From Elusimicrobiota bacterium (GTDB taxonomy: Bacteria; Elusimicrobiota; Elusimicrobia; Elusimicrobiales; UBA9959): a DNA stretch of 64,000 bases. Within the stretch, counting starts at the first letter, position 1, and every line of letters starts with the position of its first letter. The notes beneath the pieces are model-generated. The model was given only the letters and a program-made list of their open reading frames with translations. It was not told where the DNA came from and ran no database searches. Below, piece by piece: positions 43,620-51,901 of this stretch. A program made the position numbers and the translations under genes. Location: NCBI GenBank assembly GCA_037137395.1, contig JBAXKK010000002.1, forward strand, positions 31,881-95,880, written 5' to 3'.

Positions 43620-45908
43620 TTATTTTTTCTTAAGCCCGCCCCAAACCTTTTCAGGCAGGATGGGAACGCTTTTCACCCTGACACCGGAAGCGTTCCTGAC
43701 CGCGTTTGCGATAGCCGGGGCCACGCCAATTAAGGGGACTTCGCCCATGCCTTTAGCCTTATACGGGCCTTCGGCATAGGGCTTCTCTATAAAAGTTATA
43801 TCATATTCCGGTTTGTCGGCGGTAGTGGCCATCACGTAGTCGGTGAAATTAGGATTGAGCATGATGCCGTTCTTGTACAGCAGGTTCTCATAAACGGCCC
43901 AGCTCATGCCCTGCAGTATGCCGCCCTGCGCCTGGCCCTCCGCGAGTCTCGGGTTTATGATCTTGCCTACGTCATATGCCGCGCAGATCTTAAGCACCCT
44001 GGTCACGCCTGTCTTCAGGTCCACCTCAACCTCCGCCACATCTGCGGAGTAGGAATAAGTCACGTAGGCGTCGCCCTGACCGTCGCCCATGTTGTAAGAG
44101 GTGTGCGGCGACACATACCAGCCCTGCTCGCCCATTTTCATGCGGAGGTTCCAGCATTCTTTAACAACTTCGGCAAAAGTAACCGACACTTCGCCTATAT
44201 AGAAGACGCCCTGGAAGGCGCTCATGGGTTTAGAGCCTTCAGCGCCCTTGGCCAAAAGAAGATTAAAAGCGGTCTTAAAGATGTTCGCCCTCATCGGCGC
44301 GGCGGCTTCTATGATGGCGTTGCCGCTCATCAGAGTGGTACGGCTTGCCACGGTGGGGCCGGAGTCCGACACCTTGGAAGTATCCACTTCCTCCAGTTTT
44401 ATATTCTCATAAGGGGCGTTAAGGGTCTCGGCACAGATCTGGCTGAGCACGGTCAAGGCGCCCTGACCCATCTCTGCGTTGCCGACATTTACTCCGACGG
44501 TAGCGTCTTTATAAATATTGACATACGCGCCGGCTCGGTCAAGGTAACGCCCTTTGGCGCCAAGGCCCACGCCGTAATACGCCACGGAAACGCCCATGCC
44601 CCTCACAACATCACCTTTAGACTTCAGCATTAAGCCTTCAGCCTTTCGACTGTCCCAGCCGGATTTATTCTTCACGGTTTCAAGAAGCTCTTCAAGCCCG
44701 CAGGAAGCCCCGATTATCTGACCGGTGGCGGTTTTATCTCCAGTGCGCAGAATGTTTTTCATGCGCAGCGCTACCGGATCAATTTTCAGCTTGTGCGCCA
44801 ATTCATCCACCAGCGATTCCTGCGCGAAACAGATCTGCGGCTGCCCGAAACCGCGGAAAGCGCCGCAAGGCACCTTATTGGTGGCCGCGGCATAGGCTTC
44901 TATGCGGATATTATCTATCTTGTAAGGCCCGGCGGCGTGCACTGCGCCCCGCCAGAGAACTATTGGTGACAGGGTGGCGTAAGCGCCCCCGTCCAGAACA
45001 TATTTCACCACGCAGCCGGTGATCTTCCCGCTCTTGTCGGCAGCATACGTAACCTTGGACCACGACGGATGCCTCTTGGACATGGAGTTAAAATCTTCTT
45101 TGCGGTCGTAAATGAGTTTGACCGGACGGCCGGTCTTAAGGGCGCACAGGGCCGCGTGCGCCGCCACAAGCGCCGGGACATCTTCTTTGCCTCCAAAACC
45201 GCCGCCGGTCACGGTTTGTATGACCTTCACTTTGTGATAGCCAAGGCTGGCGGCGGCCGCGACTCCGTCGAGAACATAGAACGGACACTGGGTGGAACTG
45301 TATATGGTCAGGCCGCCGTCGGATTCCGGAACGGCGACAACGCCCTGGGTTTCAAGATAAGCGTGAACCTGGTAATTAGTGGTAAATTCATCTTCCACCA
45401 CGGCATAAGCTTCTTTAATGGCTTTATCCGGGTCGCCTTTCTTAATGATAAATTTGGCAAAAATATTGTCGTCGCCGTGAAGTTTTATTGACTTTTTTTC
45501 CAGAGACTTCAGCGGGTCCTCGATGAACGGGAGTTCTTTATACTTCAGCTCCATAAGCCGGGCCGCTTTCTTAGCGGCATTTTGAGTCTCCGCCACCGCA
45601 AGCGCCACGGTTTCGCCCTGAAACCGCGCTTCCTTCTCAGGCAGAAAAGGATAATCGTTCACTACCAGCGGCCATTTATTTACGCCTCGCACGTCCTTGT
45701 ATGTAACTAAAGTCACATAGCCGGGAACTTGCCGGGCTTTGGCGTCGGAAATGGACAGGATTTTTATGCGGGGTTTTGGGCAACGCACAGCTGCCGCGTA
45801 CAGCATACCGGAGAATTCCTGATCGGCGGCGTATTTAGCCCGTCCAGTCGCCTTTATAAGCGCGTCTTTCCTGGGCAATGATTTTCCTACATAAGAAAGG
45901 TTATCCAT
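43620..45908 (-). CDS. xanthine dehydrogenase family molybdopterin-binding large subunit (set 1)
   Basis: 762 aa. GGGFGGKE, FRGFG and GMGEVP motifs. Confidence 0.88.
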   Translation of the reverse strand: MDNLSYVGKSLPRKDALIKATGRAKYAADQEFSGMLYAAAVRCPKPRIKILSISDAKARQVPGYVTLVTYKDVRGVNKWPLVVNDYPFLPEKEARFQGETVALAVAETQNAAKKAARLMELKYKELPFIEDPLKSLEKKSIKLHGDDNIFAKFIIKKGDPDKAIKEAYAVVEDEFTTNYQVHAYLETQGVVAVPESDGGLTIYSSTQCPFYVLDGVAAAASLGYHKVKVIQTVTGGGFGGKEDVPALVAAHAALCALKTGRPVKLIYDRKEDFNSMSKRHPSWSKVTYAADKSGKITGCVVKYVLDGGAYATLSPIVLWRGAVHAAGPYKIDNIRIEAYAAATNKVPCGAFRGFGQPQICFAQESLVDELAHKLKIDPVALRMKNILRTGDKTATGQIIGASCGLEELLETVKNKSGWDSRKAEGLMLKSKGDVVRGMGVSVAYYGVGLGAKGRYLDRAGAYVNIYKDATVGVNVGNAEMGQGALTVLSQICAETLNAPYENIKLEEVDTSKVSDSGPTVASRTTLMSGNAIIEAAAPMRANIFKTAFNLLLAKGAEGSKPMSAFQGVFYIGEVSVTFAEVVKECWNLRMKMGEQGWYVSPHTSYNMGDGQGDAYVTYSYSADVAEVEVDLKTGVTRVLKICAAYDVGKIINPRLAEGQAQGGILQGMSWAVYENLLYKNGIMLNPNFTDYVMATTADKPEYDITFIEKPYAEGPYKAKGMGEVPLIGVAPAIANAVRNASGVRVKSVPILPEKVWGGLKKK

Positions 45909-45926
45909 AAATTTACCCGCTATATC

Positions 45927-45990
45927 TAAAACGGAAAGAAAGTTGCTTTACCCTTTCCGCTTCCCGTTTTCCGCTTTACGACTTTCCGCC
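45927..45990. repeat. heptamer array CTTTNCG (ctttacc ctttccg cttcccg ttttccg ctttacg actttcc)
   Basis: Six units in exact 7-nt phase at 45946-45987, with a short inverse word aaaacggaaagaaag at 45927-45941. Most of the array lies inside the XdhC 3' end and encodes ...ESRKAENGKRKG. Confidence 0.8.
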
Positions 45991-46784
45991 ACCCTCATAT
46001 GCTTGCCGTCTTTTTTGTAATGCAGCATTATTATCTGGGCCATCACCGAAACTGCTATCTCGCCAGGCGTCTTGCCGCCCAGATTGAGACCGATGGGCGA
46101 ATAAACCCGCTTGTCCTTGAGCGGATAAAGCTTTTTCTTACCTGCCAGACGGAATATTTCCCGCACTTTATCGGCGCTGCCTATCATTCCGATATAAGCC
46201 GCCTTTGTCCGCATAACCGCTTCAAGGCATTCCCTGTCCAGGGCGTGGCCCCGCGTGACAATGACCGCATAGGTATTCTCGTCCACTCCGGCGCGTGCTA
46301 CGGCTTCATGCGGCCTTTCAAGAATGATATCGGAGGCGTGTGGGAATCTTTCTTTGTTGGCGAATTCCGGCCTATCGTCGGCGACAAGGTACGGGTAGCC
46401 GGCCATATCCGCGGCAGCGGCTATCTTCATTCCCACATGGCCCGCGCCCAGTATCAATATTTTAAGCGGGCTCTTGTATACATCTATAAATATTTCCACG
46501 CGGCCCATGCATATCATGCCGGTATTGCCTTTGGGTTTGAGGTCGAAAACAAATTTGCCCCCGACGCCTTTCTTAATGCAGGCCACGGCCTGTTTTATCG
46601 CCAGAGCCTCCAGGGTCCCCCCGCCGACCGTACCCTCTATAGAACCGTTCTCGAACACCAGCATTTTGGCGCCGGCCTCGCGCGGTGTGGAACCATCCAC
46701 GTCAATGACGATCACGAAAGCGGCGTTCTTCCCTCCGTCCACCGCTTCGCCCAGCATTTTGATAAGATTCCTGGATTCCTTCAT
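45948..46784 (-). CDS. XdhC/CoxI family molybdenum-cofactor insertion accessory protein
   Basis: Start set at MKESRN (TAATG overlap with the upstream ORF). XdhC_CoxI N-domain (DVDGSTPREAGAKM) and Rossmann C-domain (ILGAGHVG). Confidence 0.8.
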   Translation of the reverse strand: MKESRNLIKMLGEAVDGGKNAAFVIVIDVDGSTPREAGAKMLVFENGSIEGTVGGGTLEALAIKQAVACIKKGVGGKFVFDLKPKGNTGMICMGRVEIFIDVYKSPLKILILGAGHVGMKIAAAADMAGYPYLVADDRPEFANKERFPHASDIILERPHEAVARAGVDENTYAVIVTRGHALDRECLEAVMRTKAAYIGMIGSADKVREIFRLAGKKKLYPLKDKRVYSPIGLNLGGKTPGEIAVSVMAQIIMLHYKKDGKHMRVAESRKAENGKRKG

Positions 46785-47311
46785 TATTTCACCACCCACT
46801 CGTCAATTTTTTTATCCGTGCCGTACTCAACGATCTCAACCGCGGCTGAATCCTTTCCCAGGGCTTTAGCCCAATCGTTGGCCACTATCTTCACCAATTG
46901 TTCCTGCTGGGATCTTTCAAGGCTATTGAAACGCTGATCCACATAAACACGCAGCGCGTCATCCTTATAACCGATATCATCCACGCCCAGATTACTCAGC
47001 TCGCCAGCCCCTTTTTCCTTTATCGCCCGTATCAGTCCGTCTTTTACATCATTAGTGATTGCGCCTGTTTTAACCGGCGCGTCCGGCACTTTGGCGGAAA
47101 ACGAACTATCCACAAGCTTGCCGGTTATGGCAAGAGAAAGAATCACAAAGAGTATTTTTAATCGCGGCGAGCTTTTTTTTTCAACTTTCAGAGACTTCGG
47201 TCCAGCGTTGAGCTTCACACCGTATGACGGGCACATATTCGCGTTCCCGCGCGCTTGCAATAAAGCCCTGTAATACCTGTTAATACCGCCCATACTCGTC
47301 ACCTCACTCAT
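46784..47311 (-). CDS. hypothetical membrane-anchored protein
   Basis: 175 aa with one TM segment (LKILFVILSLAITG). Translationally coupled to xdhC. No family recognised. Confidence 0.4.
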   Translation of the reverse strand: MSEVTSMGGINRYYRALLQARGNANMCPSYGVKLNAGPKSLKVEKKSSPRLKILFVILSLAITGKLVDSSFSAKVPDAPVKTGAITNDVKDGLIRAIKEKGAGELSNLGVDDIGYKDDALRVYVDQRFNSLERSQQEQLVKIVANDWAKALGKDSAAVEIVEYGTDKKIDEWVVK

Positions 47312-47352
47312 GTTGTAATCGTAGAATCCAGAATATTATATAACTTATGTGA

Positions 47353-48600
47353 CTACAGAAAAATCCAGTATATTATCCCATTTATCAGGGTCAGCGGCAC
47401 TCCGGCCTTCGCGAATTCTGTAAAGGTCAGGGTCTCCCCGGCTTTTTTCTCTGCGTTCTGGATAATGATGACATTGCTGGCCGCGCCCAGGATGAACATA
47501 TTACCCGCGATAGTTGAGCCGGCGGCCAAAGCCATAAGCTGCGGGGTCCCGGCTCCGGCGTGCGCAATCGCCGGCATATAAAGAGCGACCAGCGGCACAT
47601 TGGAAATCAGCTGGCTCACGACCACGCTCACGGAGAGTATCATAGGCGTGGAGGCGATTTCAAGGCCGGAGCTCGCTATTGCTTCCTGAAAGAATCCGAT
47701 GTCCCAAACGCTTTTCATCAGGATGAACATAGCCGCGAAAAAAACAAGCGTGCTCCAGTCCGTCTTTTTCAGCAGTTCCGTCCTTCGCGAACTAAAAACG
47801 AGCGGCGGCAGCATGGCCGCCAACGCGATATAGGTGAGTTTTAAATTCGCAGCGGGAACTAAATAAACAGCCAGAATCTTAACGGCAACCATGACACCCA
47901 TAACGATAAGCGAGACCTTGGAAAGAAAACTGAGGTAATGATCCTTTATAGGCTCCTGGGAATGCACGAGCGCACCTTTAGAAAAATGCCCGCGGTACAT
48001 AATTCTCAGCAGTAAAAAAGCGAAAACCAGATTCAGAACCGTGGGAAGGAAAAGATATCTTAAGAAGGTAATAAAAGGCGCCGCCACGCCGCCGTTCACG
48101 GCCACCAGAAGATTCTGCGGATTGCCGATAGGGCTCATTACGCTGCCCGTGGTAATGCCGAACGCCAGAGTCAGCAACAGAAGCTTCGGGGACATTTTGT
48201 GCTTTTTGGCCAACAGCAGGACCACTGGCGTACCGATAATAGCCAATGTATCGTTCATCAGAGCGGCGGAAGCGAAGGCTGAGCCAAAAAGAACAAAGAA
48301 CACCAGCTGACCAAGCGACTTGGCCCGCTTGAAGAAGGAATACTCCAAATGTGCCAGATAACCACTCATTTCAAGCGCGGCCCCGACCACGAACATGCCG
48401 AACAGGAAAAAGATAACATCAAAATCTATCGCTCGCAGAGCCGCCGCCGGACCGATATCTCCCGATAGCAGCACCGCGGCCGCGCCCGCGAACATCACCT
48501 GCCAGATCTCAACCCGGAAACGCCCCACCCGACGGACGGCAATCAGCACAAAAACAATAATGAGGACGATTATGGGAAACATAATGTAGCGCGATAGCAC
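47353..48600 (-). CDS. ArsB/NhaD/SLC13-superfamily anion permease
   Basis: 415 aa, polytopic. CitMHS/ArsB-like repeats (GNPQNLLV, SNVPL). Confidence 0.65.
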   Translation of the reverse strand: MLSRYIMFPIIVLIIVFVLIAVRRVGRFRVEIWQVMFAGAAAVLLSGDIGPAAALRAIDFDVIFFLFGMFVVGAALEMSGYLAHLEYSFFKRAKSLGQLVFFVLFGSAFASAALMNDTLAIIGTPVVLLLAKKHKMSPKLLLLTLAFGITTGSVMSPIGNPQNLLVAVNGGVAAPFITFLRYLFLPTVLNLVFAFLLLRIMYRGHFSKGALVHSQEPIKDHYLSFLSKVSLIVMGVMVAVKILAVYLVPAANLKLTYIALAAMLPPLVFSSRRTELLKKTDWSTLVFFAAMFILMKSVWDIGFFQEAIASSGLEIASTPMILSVSVVVSQLISNVPLVALYMPAIAHAGAGTPQLMALAAGSTIAGNMFILGAASNVIIIQNAEKKAGETLTFTEFAKAGVPLTLINGIIYWIFL

Positions 48601-48657
48601 GACAGCAAGATGGCACGTCAGATAGCAACGAGATTTTAAGTCAGGCGGATTTACTAC

Positions 48658-49347
48658 CTACCAGTTGCGACCAAGTAGTTGTTGGTACTCCTCTGGCGTG
48701 TCAAAATCGCGGATAACACCTGCATCTGCCACCACGAGATCCAGAACTTTCACCGACTGGTGATGCGTGACCCAATGCAGGCCCTTGTCATTGGGGCCTT
48801 CAAAACAAAGCTGAAAATATTTTCGCGGAATAATTATTGGATGCCCGCGTTTGAAGGAAAGAGGATTAACGCCAGCTGGAGGCACCACGCTATCTTGCTG
48901 TCGTACTGTCTTGCTGTCGTACTGTCCTGCTGTCGCGCTTTCCGGGGCCTCGTCACGCCGGCACTTGGGAATAACAAGGAAATCTCTGCTGGATCGCCAA
49001 AAATCGGCTATCAGTTTATAGGTTTCCGGCTTTATTAGGGGCTGGTCAACCAGACAGATCATCACGGCTTCGGACCGGTAACTGACAAGTTTAAGGGCCG
49101 CCCTGACCGAAGCTATCTGCCCCAATTCCGGAGTCTCATTGAAAGCAACTCTTATCTCACCGGGGTTCCAGGCGGCAAGAACTTCCGCGCGGCTGGCGCC
49201 GAGAACAACAATAGTCTCCGTTACGCCCGCGGCATTGACTCCCGCGCAGACCGATTCCAGAAAATTACGCCCGTCATACTCAAGCAGCGCTTTTGTCCGC
49301 CCCATTCTGGAGGAATCCCCACCGGCCAGCACTAAAGCGCTTATCAT
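48658..49347 (-). CDS. mocA: MobA-like NTP transferase (molybdenum cofactor cytidylyltransferase MocA-like) with ~35-aa repeat-derived insertion
   Basis: 229 aa. LVLAGGDSSRMG..K signature, DQP motif and KRGHPIII. The insert lies between IPKCR and KRGHP. Confidence 0.75.
   Translation of the reverse strand: MISALVLAGGDSSRMGRTKALLEYDGRNFLESVCAGVNAAGVTETIVVLGASRAEVLAAWNPGEIRVAFNETPELGQIASVRAALKLVSYRSEAVMICLVDQPLIKPETYKLIADFWRSSRDFLVIPKCRRDEAPESATAGQYDSKTVRQQDSVVPPAGVNPLSFKRGHPIIIPRKYFQLCFEGPNDKGLHWVTHHQSVKVLDLVVADAGVIRDFDTPEEYQQLLGRNW
48893..48940. repeat. 16-nt tandem repeat inside the mocA-like CDS (tcttgctgtcgtactg x2 plus a degenerate third unit)
   Basis: Units at 48893-48908 and 48909-48924 are identical. 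The third unit at 48925-48940 matches 12/16. 3 x 16 = 48 nt keeps the reading frame. Confidence 0.85.
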
Positions 49348-50720
49348 CTAGCAGCCTTTTCAACCAGCTTCCTGGAAAGCTTATTGGCTCGTTCCGCAAG
49401 CATGAACTCATCGACATTGACGAGTCGGCCGTTCTTGACCACGATCTTGCCGTTCACGATCGTATACTTGGTCCTGTGCCCGGCCCCGCAGAAGAGCAGC
49501 GAAGCCAGCGGATCCGAACCTGAACCGGCGAAATCCAGTCCGCTCACGTCGAAAACAGCCAGATCGGCGGCCTTACCGGGCTCTATGGAACCGATGTCGT
49601 TGCGGCCCAGCACTTTTGCGCCGCCCAAAGTTGCTATTTTAAAAACATCTCTCGCCGGCATGGACTCCGCGCCGGACTTCACGCGGTTAACCAACATGCA
49701 CTGGCGCAGCTCGCCCAGCATATCCGAAGAGTCGTTGGAGGCAGAGCCGTCCACTGCCAGTCCTACCGGCACTTTGTTATCCAGGAACATTCGCACAGGC
49801 GCTATGCCGGAGCCTAAACGCAGATTGGAGGACGGGCAATGAGCCACCCCCGTTCCGGTAGCCCCCATCCTTTTGGCCTCACACTCGTTTATATAAACGC
49901 AATGGGCGAACCAGGCGTTCCCCTCGGAAACCCAGCCCACTGATTCCATATAATCAAGCGGGCGCATCTTGAAAAGTTTAAGGCAGAAAGCTTCTTCATC
50001 TATAGTTTCGGCCAGATGAGTATGCATCCTGACGCCCCATTTTTTGGCCATTTCAGCGGTAAGCTTCAGGAGTTCGGTGGTCACGGAAAAAGGCGAGCAG
50101 GGCGCCATAACCATCTGCGTCATGGGGAATTTATTTTTATCGTGGAATTTATGGACCAGGCGCTCGCAGTCCTTCATGATAAAATCCTCGCTCTGCACAA
50201 CAGAGTCGGGCGGCAACCCTCCCTTTGAACGGCCGCGTGACATTGAGCCGCGGGTCGGGTGGAAGCGCATACCTATTTCCCGCGCGGCTTCCACCTGCGT
50301 ATCAATAAAAAATCCGCTGTTCTTTCTGGGGAAAAGATAAAGGTGGTCGGTACTGGTCGTACAACCGGTTAAAAGCAGTTCGCCCAGGCCGACCTGAGTG
50401 CTGGCGTAAACAGACTCAGGTGAGATATGCCGCCATATTTCATAGAGGTAAAGGAGCCAGTCAAAAAGCTTGGCGTCCTGCACTGCGGGTAGGTTGCGCG
50501 TCAGTGTTTGATAAAGGTGATGATGTGTATTCACGAAGCCGGGCAGGACCACGCAGTTTTTAGCGTCTATAACAGTATCGGCCTTCACTCTGAGACCTTT
50601 GCCGATCTTCTTTATCTCGGGGCCCTCTATATAAATATCGCCGCCCTTAATTTCCCGGCCTTCGCCGTCCATGGTCGCCAGGACCAAAGCGTTCTTTACG
50701 AGTATAGACTTATAAGCCAT
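49344..50720 (-). CDS. amidohydrolase-superfamily deaminase (8-oxoguanine/guanine deaminase or chlorohydrolase-like)
   Basis: 458 aa. VNTHHHLYQT metal site, HLAE, and typical length. Confidence 0.8.
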   Translation of the reverse strand: MAYKSILVKNALVLATMDGEGREIKGGDIYIEGPEIKKIGKGLRVKADTVIDAKNCVVLPGFVNTHHHLYQTLTRNLPAVQDAKLFDWLLYLYEIWRHISPESVYASTQVGLGELLLTGCTTSTDHLYLFPRKNSGFFIDTQVEAAREIGMRFHPTRGSMSRGRSKGGLPPDSVVQSEDFIMKDCERLVHKFHDKNKFPMTQMVMAPCSPFSVTTELLKLTAEMAKKWGVRMHTHLAETIDEEAFCLKLFKMRPLDYMESVGWVSEGNAWFAHCVYINECEAKRMGATGTGVAHCPSSNLRLGSGIAPVRMFLDNKVPVGLAVDGSASNDSSDMLGELRQCMLVNRVKSGAESMPARDVFKIATLGGAKVLGRNDIGSIEPGKAADLAVFDVSGLDFAGSGSDPLASLLFCGAGHRTKYTIVNGKIVVKNGRLVNVDEFMLAERANKLSRKLVEKAAR

Positions 50721-50827
50721 GATCGCTCCTTATAAAAACCCACCACCCTTATATTATCCAAAATTTGTTCATCGGATAACCATATGTTTGTATCGCGTCC
50801 GTTTTTGTGGAATAATATCAGAAGGTT

Positions 50828-51769
50828 ATGTCTTTTCTCAAATTAAGAAAGCCTCTTAACGGTCTTAAGGAACTCCGGGACTTTGATCCCGGCCTCTCCG
50901 ATCTTGCCGCCCTGCTGATAGGCGCCAAGCCGGTGCTTTACACGGATTTCTCCGCCGCCGGTTGGCCCTATATAAAAGAACTGTGCGAAGCGCTGAAACT
51001 AAAGTACCTTATGCCTGAACCCGTTTACGGAACGGCGGGCTTCAAAGCTGTACCGGATTCCGGAAAACGGATGCTGCTTATAGGTAAAAATCAGAAAACC
51101 CTGAAAGACGCCGCCAAAAGTTGGCATCGCTCCCCCACCGATCCGGCCTGGGGCCTCCTGCTCGGCTATCCGGAATGCTGCGTTAAGGCTTATATAGAAT
51201 GGCGTTCGGTGGCGGACAAAACCGACCTTGTTAATTTCACCCTGAGCAGGACCCGGAAAAAAGAACGATATCACTTCGGCCTAAACAACATCTTTAATTA
51301 TTTCTCGCGGCTGACAGGAAAGCCGGCCGACATGGAAGGTTTCGCGCGCATAAGAGCAGCCAATAAAGACCTGGATATTTCAACTTTGCAGATAATCAGC
51401 TGGCACCCCTGCGCCTATGACTGCGGCCCCAGCGGGAAACTTGCCAAAGAGATCTTCTCATTCCTTCAACATTATCTGCCCGGGCGCGCGGCGGAACTAA
51501 AAAGCCGACTTGCAAAACCTGTTCTCTTCCGGGATAAATACGAGTACCTGCTTTTGGATGGTCTGGCAAAGGGCGCTGAAGTCCGCTACCGAGGCATAAC
51601 CAAACCCGAAGGCCTGCTGCCTAAAGAACTAACGCGCAAGATAGCGGCCGGAAATTCACTTCGCGCGGAAAAAGGCCGCGTCACGGTATTTAAAGGTTCC
51701 AAACCTCTTTACGAAATAGTCTCAGACAGGCCTTTTTCGCTGTTAAACTTTACGGTTTCACAACGATAA
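50828..51769 (+). CDS. hypothetical Cys-motif protein (GYPECC ... WHPCAYDC)
   Basis: 313 aa. Divergent from the deaminase operon. Motifs vaguely resemble DUF483-type proteins. Not verified. Confidence 0.4.
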   Translation: MSFLKLRKPLNGLKELRDFDPGLSDLAALLIGAKPVLYTDFSAAGWPYIKELCEALKLKYLMPEPVYGTAGFKAVPDSGKRMLLIGKNQKTLKDAAKSWHRSPTDPAWGLLLGYPECCVKAYIEWRSVADKTDLVNFTLSRTRKKERYHFGLNNIFNYFSRLTGKPADMEGFARIRAANKDLDISTLQIISWHPCAYDCGPSGKLAKEIFSFLQHYLPGRAAELKSRLAKPVLFRDKYEYLLLDGLAKGAEVRYRGITKPEGLLPKELTRKIAAGNSLRAEKGRVTVFKGSKPLYEIVSDRPFSLLNFTVSQR

Positions 51770-51800
51770 TGCTAAAAATTATAGAATCTATTGTAATCCG

Positions 51801-51892
51801 GGCTGTTTGATGAGCATAGCTCTTGATACGGCACCGGCATAGCCTGGGCCGTTTGATGAGCATAGCTCTTGATACGGCACCGGCATAGCCTG
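51801..51892 (+). promoter_or_regulatory. perfect-phase 46-bp tandem duplication abutting the RBS of the DPD/YgfK-like gene
   Basis: Copy 1 at 51801-51846 and copy 2 at 51847-51892 differ at 2 positions. Each contains an imperfect palindrome gccgtttgatgagc ata gctcttgatacggc. Confidence 0.6.
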
Positions 51893-51901
51893 GAGAAAAA
51901 T

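Noticed and set aside
45999-46937. 312-aa plus-strand ORF.
   Set aside because: It is entirely antisense to XdhC and the coupled upstream ORF. It has His/Arg/Gly-rich low-complexity sequence and no family resemblance.
50754-50779. Inverted repeat ttatcc-N14-ggataa in the divergent promoter region of the Mo-hydroxylase operon as a candidate operator.
   Set aside because: It has only 6-bp arms in an AT-rich stretch, which is easily expected by chance, and no second copy was seen.
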